24,000 nt of DNA from Paraburkholderia oxyphila NBRC 105797 (GCF_000685075.1 NZ_BAYD01000041.1:1-24000); one strand, 5' to 3'; shown: positions 1 to 8,086, counted from the first letter of the stretch. Notes: generated by a model from the sequence alone, not told the origin. Numbers and translations are program-made.

Positions 1-44
1 GAAAAGTAGGTGCCGCCCCGCACAGGGGCAACGCCTGCGGCCCG

Positions 45-86
45 CCGCGAAAACAAGTTACCGCGAAAACAAGTTACCGCGAAAAG
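45..86. repeat. 16-bp direct tandem repeat CCGCGAAAACAAGTTA, 2 perfect copies plus a 9-nt partial third copy
   Basis: Read directly. Positions 45-60 and 61-76 are identical. Positions 77-85 repeat the first 9 nt. A degenerate fourth copy may lie at about 99-116 (cagcaaaaatcaagcaat). Confidence 0.9.
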
Positions 87-131
87 CCCGCAAGCGCGCC
101 AGCAAAAATCAAGCAATCGCACTGCGAAGCA

Positions 132-1121
132 TCAGATCCCCGCCCGGAACTCAATACGCCGATTCCTCGCACGCCCATCAGCGGTATCATTCGACGCCAC
201 GGGCTGATCGGGCCCAACACCATCCGTCGTAAGCTGCTGCGGCGAGATCCCCTTACCAACAAGATACCCCTTCACCGCATCCGCCCGCGCCTGGCTCAAC
301 GCGATATTCGACGCACGATTACCCGAGTTATCGGTATGACCGATGATCTCCACCGTCCGCGTATTCATTTTCACCAGCACGGCCGCCATCTGATCGAGAA
401 TCGCGCGGCCCTCCGGCGCGAGCGTCGCGCTTCCCGTTTCGAATTCAATCGTGCGATTCGCGAGCGTCTGATCAAGCAACCCTTGCTCTGACGCACTCAC
501 GCGCAACCCATTGCGAATCGTATAGGTGGGATTAAGCGCATTGGCCATATCGCTCGCGATCTGCTGCCGCTGGGCTTCATTGCCCACTTCCCCCCGCACG
601 TCGATCTGCGTGCCATCGATCTGCAGCTGTCCTTTGTGAATCTGCTTCAGCCCTGGATTAATCAGCTTCTGCACGTTCGCCGACCAATTAGGCGGCGTGG
701 CCACGTCGCCCACTTCGATCTGATCGACCACGTTCGCCGCGCCATAGGTGTCGCGCAGGCGCTGCAGCACGGCGGCGTGCGTGGCTTCGTCAGGCACCTT
801 GCCGCCCACCACGACCTGGCCCGGCGCCGTGTTCGCCGGAGCCGGCGTCGAGCTCGCGGTCCCGCGCGTGCCGGGAGCGGAGGCTGCGGCATTGACTGTG
901 CCGGCCTGGCTGACCTGCCCAGCAGAGGATGCCGTGCCCGGCAGCTCCGTGGTGCGGATCTGCCCGCCGCTCGTATCCACGGGCGTGACGCGCGCGGGGC
1001 TGGCATCGTCGGCAAATGCGGGGGCGCTGAACGTGCCGAATGCACCAATCAATGCACCCAACGTCAGCGCCGCCGCGGCGGCGAGGGCGCTGCGCCTGGG
1101 CAGCTCAAGCACGGCGGCCAT
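132..1121 (-). CDS. OmpA/MotB-domain peptidoglycan-binding protein, last gene of the T6SS operon (T6SS-associated PG anchor)
   Basis: Track ORF 132..1235(-). I place the start at the ATG at 1121 (M39 of the track ORF). That start opens a signal-peptide-like segment, MAAVLELPRRSALAAAAALTLGALIGAFGTFSAPAFA. The C-terminus has OmpA_C motifs (IIGHTDNSGNRASNIALSQARADAV and GRARNRRIEF). The start overlaps the tagF stop by 17 nt. Confidence 0.85.
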   Translation of the reverse strand: MAAVLELPRRSALAAAAALTLGALIGAFGTFSAPAFADDASPARVTPVDTSGGQIRTTELPGTASSAGQVSQAGTVNAAASAPGTRGTASSTPAPANTAPGQVVVGGKVPDEATHAAVLQRLRDTYGAANVVDQIEVGDVATPPNWSANVQKLINPGLKQIHKGQLQIDGTQIDVRGEVGNEAQRQQIASDMANALNPTYTIRNGLRVSASEQGLLDQTLANRTIEFETGSATLAPEGRAILDQMAAVLVKMNTRTVEIIGHTDNSGNRASNIALSQARADAVKGYLVGKGISPQQLTTDGVGPDQPVASNDTADGRARNRRIEFRAGI

Positions 1122-2115
1122 TGACCGGCTCCCCGATGAACGCCTCGCGGAACGTGTCGATCGAGACGCGCAGTGACAGTTGCGGCTGATCGAGGTAGCT
1201 GACGAGTTTGCTGATGCCATGGTCGTTCTGTGCATGTTCGTCGACCCACTCGGGATCGTCGATATCGATGTTATGGGCCGAGTAAGTTTGCGGATCGACC
1301 ACGCTATGCAAGGTCTTCGCCGAGGCGCCGTTGAAGCCGATGATGAGCCGCTCGCGCTGCGCGATGGTGCCCATGAAAATCGCCAGTTCGAAGTCGGCCT
1401 TCGAGACGAACGGTGCGATCAGCTCGAGCCAGAATGCCGCCACGAGGCTGCGGTAGAACGGGTCGGTCGGCAGCGGCAGCGTGAGGCCCCGCTCGAGATG
1501 CGCCGCGCCGCTCGTCATCACCGGGCGCAGCAGCGAGCCGAGCGCGAGCATCGCGCCGCGCAGGCGCACCGGATGGCCGCTGGCGAGCAGCATCTGCTCG
1601 AGCCCAGAGAGTGTCTGATGCTCGATGAAGTCGGCGAAGGTGCCGTCGTGCGGATTGCCCGCGCCGCCCACGTCCACCGGCACGAAGGTCTCGCCGAGCG
1701 CCTGTAGTGCGCCGGCCGGTTCGCTCGGGCCCAAGAGTGGCTGCATCTGCGCGGAGACGCGCGACCACAGGCGTGCGAGCGCGAGCGGGCTGCGCGCGAG
1801 AAAGGCGAGCGGCTGCTCGACTTCGAGCGCCGTGGCCGCGAGAAACGGAAAGCGGCGTGACGACTGGTCCCGGCTCGCCACCATATGCCCCGCGATCGCG
1901 AGCTTGCTCTGCGAGCCGAGAAACGCGAAGTGCATCGGCTGCGCTTCTTCGTAGACGATCTTCCAGCGGGGATCGTCGGTGAGCATGTCCATCGCTTCGG
2001 CAATCCAGCGGTCGAGCGTCTGCAGGAGCTGCGGATTGTGTGCGCTTTTCACGAAGTCGCCGCGCGACGGGATCTTGCCGAAGTAGGCGATCTGCGCCTG
2101 TACGGTTTGCGTCAT
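1105..2115 (-). CDS. tagF: Type VI secretion-associated protein TagF (DUF2094 / BMA_A0400 family)
   Basis: 336-aa ORF. The N-terminus, MTQTVQAQIAYFGKIPSRGDFVK, matches the characteristic TagF start (YFGK.P.RGDF) as I recall it. Its start overlaps the tssM stop as ATGA at 2112-2115. Confidence 0.8.
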   Translation of the reverse strand: MTQTVQAQIAYFGKIPSRGDFVKSAHNPQLLQTLDRWIAEAMDMLTDDPRWKIVYEEAQPMHFAFLGSQSKLAIAGHMVASRDQSSRRFPFLAATALEVEQPLAFLARSPLALARLWSRVSAQMQPLLGPSEPAGALQALGETFVPVDVGGAGNPHDGTFADFIEHQTLSGLEQMLLASGHPVRLRGAMLALGSLLRPVMTSGAAHLERGLTLPLPTDPFYRSLVAAFWLELIAPFVSKADFELAIFMGTIAQRERLIIGFNGASAKTLHSVVDPQTYSAHNIDIDDPEWVDEHAQNDHGISKLVSYLDQPQLSLRVSIDTFREAFIGEPVNGRRA

Positions 2116-5100
2116 TGCGCGTCTCCCGCGTTGTTGTTGGCGCCCGTGGCGTTGGCCGTCGTCACCGCGCCGGCGGGCGCGTTCACGGGGGCGGTGTTGT
2201 TCTGCGCGTTGCCCGCTGCGGGCGCGGCGTTCGGCACAGCGGGCGCGTTGGGTGAGTCGGGGCTACCCGCCGCCGGGCCCACGTTCGCGACGGAAGACGG
2301 CAGCTGCACGCCGCCCAGCCCCTGCTGTTGCGGAGCGTTGCCGCTCGAAGCCGTGGGCTGCGAAGTGCTGATGATGCGCATGCTCACCGAAACCGACACG
2401 CTGCCCTGCGTCCACGTGAGGTCGAAGGTGCCGTCCGGACGGCGGCTGCGCTGCGCCGAGTTGATCAGCTTCTCCAGACCGTAGCGGCCCGGCTCATTGA
2501 CGAGCTGGATCGTGCGGCCGTCGAAGGTGGTTGCGGAGAGCGTCGCGCCCGGCGCGCCCGCCGGATTCGGCCACACGAAGTTGGTCCACTGCGGCGGCGT
2601 GTTGCGGTAGCGCAGTTGCTGGCCGTCGATCGCAATCGTGTATTCGGTCGTGCCGCTCGAAGGCTGCGGCAGGATCTGGAACACGGTCTGCGGTTCGCTC
2701 GTGCCGCCGTTCGCACTGGACGCGCCGCCCGCGAGCGGCGCCACCCAGCGGGCGAAGCCGTTGGTGAAGTCGGGCGTGAGCGCGAGCCCCATGTCGCCCC
2801 ACGTGCGCGCGGTGAGCGTGTCGCCGCGGCGCACCGCGAGGGGCCCGAGCGTGGTGCTCACGAACTTCGAGATCGCACCGTCCGGGCCGAAGGTCTGGGC
2901 GATTTCACTCGAGCCCGCCTCGATCTTCGCCGTGCTCGAGAACGGATACTTGTTCGCGAGCGACGCCTGGAAGGGCTGGTACACCTGGGCGTTCCACACC
3001 TTGTTCACTTCCGCGCTGGCCGGCTGGATCACCACCGCATAGGCCTGCATGAGCGGGCGCACGAGCAGCGGCCGCAGCGCCTTGCGCTGGTCGTCGGTGA
3101 GGCCGGTGAGCATCTGCTCGTCGACGAACTTCAGCGAATCGGACAGCTCCGAGCCGTTGCCGTCGAGCGTCTGCTGCATCAGCTGGCGTGCGCCCGGTCC
3201 CGGATCGCCCTGATTCTTGATGGTGTTAAAGCGCGTGCGCACCTTCGAGAGCGAGTCCATATAGCCCTGCAGCAGCGAGCCGTTGTCGTGCGTGACGACA
3301 ATGCGCCCAAGCCCCGCGAACGCCTGGCCGACCGGGCCCATCGGCATCTCGACCGGATTGCCGTTGATGTCGATGTTCGCCTGGATCGGTCCGCTCTTTG
3401 CGCGCGAGAACAGGTTCTTGAACCAGCCCGTGATGCCGCTTTGCGCTTGCTTCATCGTGGCGTTGACGAGCGACGGGTTATCCCACGAAGTCTGGTCGTA
3501 CGCGGTTTCGAGGATCTTGCGGATCGGCGAATCGTGCGGGTCGCCGAGGCGGTTCATCGCGTCGACGGCCTGGCCGAAGCTGCCGAAATCCTGCACGGCG
3601 ATGCCCTGCATGAACTTCTGCCAGTGCTGCGCGTACTCGGCCTTGTACATGCCCACCAGGGTCTTCTGGATCTGCTCGGGGCTGCCCTCGAGCGTGAGGT
3701 CGTCGCTGGCCGAGGTGTTGAGCACCCAGTCCTTCGCCTGCAGCTCCTTCGTGGCGGCATCGCGGATCGCGGGCTGCACGTACTGGAACCATGCTTCACG
3801 CGTGAAGGTGCCCGGAATCGCGTAGCTGCCCGCCACGAGCGAGGCATTGCCGTCGCCGACGATGCGTGCGACCGTCATCGGCGCAAAACGCGTGGAGGCG
3901 CGCGCCTTGATTTCCTCATAGACGCGCTGGCGTGCCGGCATGCCGCGCACCACGTGGCGCAGGTCCTCGCGCGTCTGGTCGACGAGCGCGAGGTTCGCGT
4001 CGATCATCGGCCAGTCGTCGTCGGACACGCGCGAGAGGTAGAAGGTGATCATGCGCTCGGCGCTCTTGATCATCTCGTCACGAGGCATGTTGCCGCGATT
4101 GGTCTCCAGCCAGCCGCGCCAGAAGCGGGCGATCTGGTCGGTGAGGTGAGCGGTTTCCACATGACGCTTGTCCGAGAGCATCAGGTAGGTCTTGAGCGCG
4201 TTGTACGCGTCCTCGACGCTGGTGGGCGACGCGTCGCTATAGAGGCCGCCCTGGCTCGGGCTCGCCATGGCCGCGTGCGCGGACACCGGCACCGCGCCCG
4301 AATCGGGCGTGCGCGTCATGGGCGCGAGCTGGTCCGGATGCGCGTCGACTTCCTTGAGGAACGCTTCGACATTCTGCGAGACCGGCGTGAGCATGATCTG
4401 GCGCACGCCGTTGTAATACTCCTGAAGCAAGTGCTGCTCGACGCGGTCGCCCTGATAGAGGCCCAGCGACACCGCGAGCGGCCTGTCGCGGCGGAACTGC
4501 TCGAGCTGCTCGATGCGGTCCTCGAGAATGTCCATGGCCTGCAGGCGCGACTGCAGGTCGTTGCGGTTCTGCTGCAGCTTTTCCACGTTGTCGAGGTCGG
4601 CCTGCACGTTCGCCACGAGCTGCTGGTTGTTGATCGCCGACCAGGTCCAGCCGCCGAGCGCGAGCGCGAGCGCGGCCACCACGCCGAAGAACGTGGCGTA
4701 GCGCAGGCGCGTCTTCGCGGGGCTCGCGAATTGGCGGACCGTTTGCTTGTCGGCGAAAATCACCTTGGAAAACAGGTCTTTCAGGAAGAAGCCGTTCTTC
4801 GAGAACGCCGCTTGCGGCTTGGGCAGGCTGTCGGTCGAGAGCGAGAAGCGGTTGGCGATGCGCTGCGCGGCGGCGCTGTTGGTTTCGCCTTCCTGCAAGG
4901 CGCTCGTGAAGTAGAAGCCGCGGAAAATGGGCTTGTACTGGAACGGATTGTTCTCGAACAGCGTGGCGAGGAACGCGCGCAGCGAAGGCTTGATGGTGGA
5001 AAACTCGAGCGGGAAGCTCAGTTGCCCCGGCGTGAGTGCGTTGCCGCGGCTGATCGACATCTGCGCGATGCTGATTTCCTTGAGGCCGTCGTAGAGCTCT

Positions 5101-6020
5101 TCGAAGCGCTCGTCGAACAGCGCGACGATGTCGCGCTTCTCGTCCGGTTCGTAGGGCAGGGTGGCGCCCCAGACGCGGTCGTATTCGTTGCGGTCGCTGC
5201 CGCTGAAAAATTCGGTGAAGCCCGTAATGAGGTCGACCTTCGTGAACATCACGTAGACCGGTGCGAACACTTCGAGCTTTTCGGTGAGCTCCTGCACGCG
5301 CTGGCGCAGGTTCTTCGCGAGATTGATCGCGAACTCGGGGCGGTTGCCCGTGAGTTCGGCAATGCTCGCGGTCACGATGATGCCGTTGATGGGCGCCTTG
5401 GGCCGGAAGCGCTTGAGCAGCCCCAGAAAGCCGAGCCATTCGCCGCGGTCTTCCTCGTGCACCGAATAGCGGCCCGCCGTGTCGAGCAGAATGCCTTCGG
5501 TCGTGAAGAACCAGTCGCAATTACGCGTGCCGCCAATGCCGTGCACGATGGCGTCTTTTTTGTCGGCGAAAGGAAATTGCAGTCCCGAATTGAGCACGGC
5601 GCTGCTCTTGCCCGCCGCCGGATTGCCGATGACGATGTACCACGGCAGCTCGTAGAGCGCCGAGCCGCCCGAGAGCTGGCCAATCTTCGAGGTCTTGATG
5701 GTCTTGACCGTTTCCACGAGGCGCGTGCGCAGCGCGTCGAGTTCGACCTGCGTGCCGCTCGCGGCAGCGCTGCTGGTGCTCTCGACCTGAGCCTGCTGTT
5801 CGAGCATCTCGCCGAGCTTGTTGTTGCCGCGGCGCACGCGCTTGCGGCGCACGAACCAGACGAGCAGCGATAGCAAGAGCAGCACGCCGAGTGCGAGCAC
5901 GGCCCACATGAGCGCGATTTGCCCCGCTGCGACGAGAGCGAACAGCCCCGTGGCCACTGCGATCAAGGTGATGATGGAAAGCGTGCGCCTGTGGGTCAAC
6001 ACGTTGAGGATGCGTTGCAT
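2112..6020 (-). CDS. tssM: Type VI secretion membrane-complex subunit TssM (IcmF family)
   Basis: 1302-aa ORF. It has N-terminal TM helices (LSIITLIAVATGLFALVAAGQIALMWAVLALGVLLLLSLLVWF). It has a Walker A motif (LPWYIVIGNPAAGKSSAV) and a Walker B-like ILLDTAGR. A further TM lies near aa 440 (ATFFGVVAALALALGGWTW). The long periplasmic IcmF-type region and its position next to tagF fit the family. Confidence 0.95.
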   Translation of the reverse strand: MQRILNVLTHRRTLSIITLIAVATGLFALVAAGQIALMWAVLALGVLLLLSLLVWFVRRKRVRRGNNKLGEMLEQQAQVESTSSAAASGTQVELDALRTRLVETVKTIKTSKIGQLSGGSALYELPWYIVIGNPAAGKSSAVLNSGLQFPFADKKDAIVHGIGGTRNCDWFFTTEGILLDTAGRYSVHEEDRGEWLGFLGLLKRFRPKAPINGIIVTASIAELTGNRPEFAINLAKNLRQRVQELTEKLEVFAPVYVMFTKVDLITGFTEFFSGSDRNEYDRVWGATLPYEPDEKRDIVALFDERFEELYDGLKEISIAQMSISRGNALTPGQLSFPLEFSTIKPSLRAFLATLFENNPFQYKPIFRGFYFTSALQEGETNSAAAQRIANRFSLSTDSLPKPQAAFSKNGFFLKDLFSKVIFADKQTVRQFASPAKTRLRYATFFGVVAALALALGGWTWSAINNQQLVANVQADLDNVEKLQQNRNDLQSRLQAMDILEDRIEQLEQFRRDRPLAVSLGLYQGDRVEQHLLQEYYNGVRQIMLTPVSQNVEAFLKEVDAHPDQLAPMTRTPDSGAVPVSAHAAMASPSQGGLYSDASPTSVEDAYNALKTYLMLSDKRHVETAHLTDQIARFWRGWLETNRGNMPRDEMIKSAERMITFYLSRVSDDDWPMIDANLALVDQTREDLRHVVRGMPARQRVYEEIKARASTRFAPMTVARIVGDGNASLVAGSYAIPGTFTREAWFQYVQPAIRDAATKELQAKDWVLNTSASDDLTLEGSPEQIQKTLVGMYKAEYAQHWQKFMQGIAVQDFGSFGQAVDAMNRLGDPHDSPIRKILETAYDQTSWDNPSLVNATMKQAQSGITGWFKNLFSRAKSGPIQANIDINGNPVEMPMGPVGQAFAGLGRIVVTHDNGSLLQGYMDSLSKVRTRFNTIKNQGDPGPGARQLMQQTLDGNGSELSDSLKFVDEQMLTGLTDDQRKALRPLLVRPLMQAYAVVIQPASAEVNKVWNAQVYQPFQASLANKYPFSSTAKIEAGSSEIAQTFGPDGAISKFVSTTLGPLAVRRGDTLTARTWGDMGLALTPDFTNGFARWVAPLAGGASSANGGTSEPQTVFQILPQPSSGTTEYTIAIDGQQLRYRNTPPQWTNFVWPNPAGAPGATLSATTFDGRTIQLVNEPGRYGLEKLINSAQRSRRPDGTFDLTWTQGSVSVSVSMRIISTSQPTASSGNAPQQQGLGGVQLPSSVANVGPAAGSPDSPNAPAVPNAAPAAGNAQNNTAPVNAPAGAVTTANATGANNNAGDAQ

Positions 6021-6140
6021 AAGCCGGTCAGGTCCTGGTGCTTTGAGTGCTGTTCTGATGGTGCGTAGCGTGAGCTACGGCGGCCACGGCGGGCCGCTCG
6101 AGCTTATAGGCGTCTGATTGCGAAACCATGTCGGCGCGGA

Positions 6141-7013
6141 TTATTGGACTTTTTGACGAGCCGCGGCTCTGCGCCCGAGCACGAAACCGGGCTTGTGATA
6201 TTCGACGTGCCCGAGATCCATCAATTTCCACCGGCCACCCCACGTTAGCCCGACCTGTTCGGCCACCTGCCCATATAACTGATAGCCGCGCATGGCCCAA
6301 GGATCTTTTTCTGAAATGACGAGCTTGCCGTCTCGTAAAAACGCGTTATCCGCCGCGAGTCCGTATTGGTGGTAGCTCTGAAACGCCGCGGCATTGGTCA
6401 CGCTGCCCCCCATTTTCGCCAGCCGGTCCTGCCGTTCGGGGCTCCGATAACCTTCCAGCAATGCCATTTGATAACCGTATTGCTCGTGCATGATTTTATA
6501 AACGAGCAATAGACGCGTACGGAAATCCGGATCGAGCAGATTCCAGTCGCGGCTCGCATCCACCAGCGCGGGGCGAAGCTGTTCGACCTCCTGCGTGGCG
6601 AACACCTCGGGCGGCAATGGCGGCGGCGGGACGAGCTGCTCGCCATTGAGCAACGCCGAGATTTTTTCATCGGGCGCCCGAAGCGTGTCATCGTATTGGA
6701 ATAACTGGTGGCCGCGAAGCGCAATGGCAACCAACGGCGGCGTCGCAAGAATACCTGTCGTCGACAAAATCAGCAAGCGCCGTTTAATCAGCAAATTTTG
6801 CATACCCGTCATGCTTGATTGGGAATATTTTGCCGATCTTGAAATGCCTTTACGCGCTTGCGTGGCGCTTGCCGATATACGTTGCGTAACGATGTTATGC
6901 AAATTGGATATGACGTCGAAAAACACCGCACGCACGCCCGGAAGAAGCAGTATTGCCGCTAACGGGACGGTAATGGCGAAATAGACTACGAGTGCAATGG
7001 CAACCAAAAGCAA
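6141..7013 (-). CDS. Membrane-anchored M15 (LAS-family, VanY / Peptidase_M15_4-like) zinc cell-wall peptidase, TagX-like
   Basis: 290-aa ORF with hydrophobic N-terminal segments (LLVAIALVVYFAITVPLAAILLLPGV and LLILSTTGILATPPLVAIAL). It carries the LAS signature SxHxxGxAxD (QSYHQYGLAAD) and WGGRWKLMDLGHVEY. The start is uncertain. Candidates are TTG at 7013, TTG at 7007 (AGAGG lies 6 nt upstream), and ATG at 6812 or 6803. Confidence 0.8.
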   Translation of the reverse strand: MLLVAIALVVYFAITVPLAAILLLPGVRAVFFDVISNLHNIVTQRISASATQARKGISRSAKYSQSSMTGMQNLLIKRRLLILSTTGILATPPLVAIALRGHQLFQYDDTLRAPDEKISALLNGEQLVPPPPLPPEVFATQEVEQLRPALVDASRDWNLLDPDFRTRLLLVYKIMHEQYGYQMALLEGYRSPERQDRLAKMGGSVTNAAAFQSYHQYGLAADNAFLRDGKLVISEKDPWAMRGYQLYGQVAEQVGLTWGGRWKLMDLGHVEYHKPGFVLGRRAAARQKVQ

Positions 7014-7144
7014 CCTCTTGAACTGGAGGCAATTGTTTTTTGTAATGCTTGATTTTAGAATCAGGCCTGCCCGAAGCCGGGTCGACCCGTATTATTACGG
7101 CGAAACAGGCCCGATTCAATGTGCACGATTCGAATGAGACTCTA

Positions 7145-8086
7145 ATGAGTGTGCCGGACAACTCCCGCCCTAAAGCTCCACCCAGCCTGCTTGCTGATGG
7201 CCCCGGCAAAGCGGCCAGCGCGCCCGCCAACGGCGGCGCGCCCAATGGCTCGCGCATTCTTGCGAATCTTGAAGGGCGCGTCGTGCCGCCTGCCGCACCG
7301 GCAGGAAAGCCGGCGCGCGTCTCGAAGACGGCCGCGCTCGTTGCGCTGCTCGTGATCGGCGCCGGCGCGCTCGGCGCATGGCAGTTGATGACGCGCGCGC
7401 CCTCCACGGCATCGAGCGCCTCTGCCACGCCGGCAAGCGCCACGGTGGCGGCTGCTGCGGCCGCGAGCGCATCGCAGGCGGTCGTTGCGGGCGCACAGAC
7501 CGGCGCGCCCGACGCCGCTTCGGCATCGCACGCGGCAACGATCGTCGCCGACGACGATACGGCCAATGCAAAGTCCGCCGCGGCCAATGCCGCTCCGGCA
7601 CCGGCGAACGATGCCGACCGGCTTTCACACGCACTGACAGACGGCGCGCGCGACGGCAGCGCGAGCGGCGCCACGGTTGCGGCAGCCGTGCCCAAGGCGC
7701 AGGCGCCTCGAGCCCAATCGGCGCCATCGCGCGAGAAGGCCGCGGCGAAGCATCCGGCGGCGAATACCCGCCGCACGGAAAGCAAGGCGGCCGTTGCGCA
7801 GTCGAAGAAGCCGCACAACGGCGCGAAGCAGGATGATTCCGACGTCGATCTGCTCGCCGTGCTCGTGGCGCGCACGAAGCCGGCCGATGCCAAGGCGGCC
7901 GCGCGTACGTCGAAGGCCGCGGGCAAGGCCCAGAGCGACAGCAATGCAGCGCTGGCGCAGCAAGTGAAGGCGTGCGGCGATCGGGGATTCTTCGAAGATC
8001 AGTTGTGCCGCTGGCGCGTGTGCGATGGCCACTGGGGCACGGATCCGGCGTGCCCCTCGGCGGCGCGGGCGAGCAACGAGCATTGA
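7145..8086 (+). CDS. Ala/Pro/Lys-rich single-pass membrane protein with a C-terminal C-x10-C-x4-C-x9-C motif; function unknown
   Basis: Track ORF 7049..8086(+), which opens with TTG. I prefer the ATG at 7145 (MSVPDNSRPK). Third codon positions are strongly G/C-biased in this frame. There is one TM helix (TAALVALLVIGAGALGAWQLM). The C-terminus reads CGDRGFFEDQLCRWRVCDGHWGTDPAC. Long antisense ORFs overlap it but have Arg/Pro-rich nonsense-like composition. Confidence 0.6.
   Translation: MSVPDNSRPKAPPSLLADGPGKAASAPANGGAPNGSRILANLEGRVVPPAAPAGKPARVSKTAALVALLVIGAGALGAWQLMTRAPSTASSASATPASATVAAAAAASASQAVVAGAQTGAPDAASASHAATIVADDDTANAKSAAANAAPAPANDADRLSHALTDGARDGSASGATVAAAVPKAQAPRAQSAPSREKAAAKHPAANTRRTESKAAVAQSKKPHNGAKQDDSDVDLLAVLVARTKPADAKAAARTSKAAGKAQSDSNAALAQQVKACGDRGFFEDQLCRWRVCDGHWGTDPACPSAARASNEH

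Noticed and set aside
10-262. Short ORFs at the left window edge (10..207 +, 74..262 -)
   Set aside because: They overlap the tandem-repeat region and the 3' end of the OmpA-like gene, and the products are basic low-complexity sequence. Nothing supports them.
2328-5873. 1181-aa ORF on the plus strand, antisense to tssM
   Set aside because: Its composition is Arg/Ala/Glu/His-rich nonsense typical of the antisense frame of a high-GC gene. I recognise no motifs, and the opposite strand encodes an unmistakable TssM. The nested ORFs here (4237..5520, 5521..5907, 2465..2802 and others) are rejected for the same reason.
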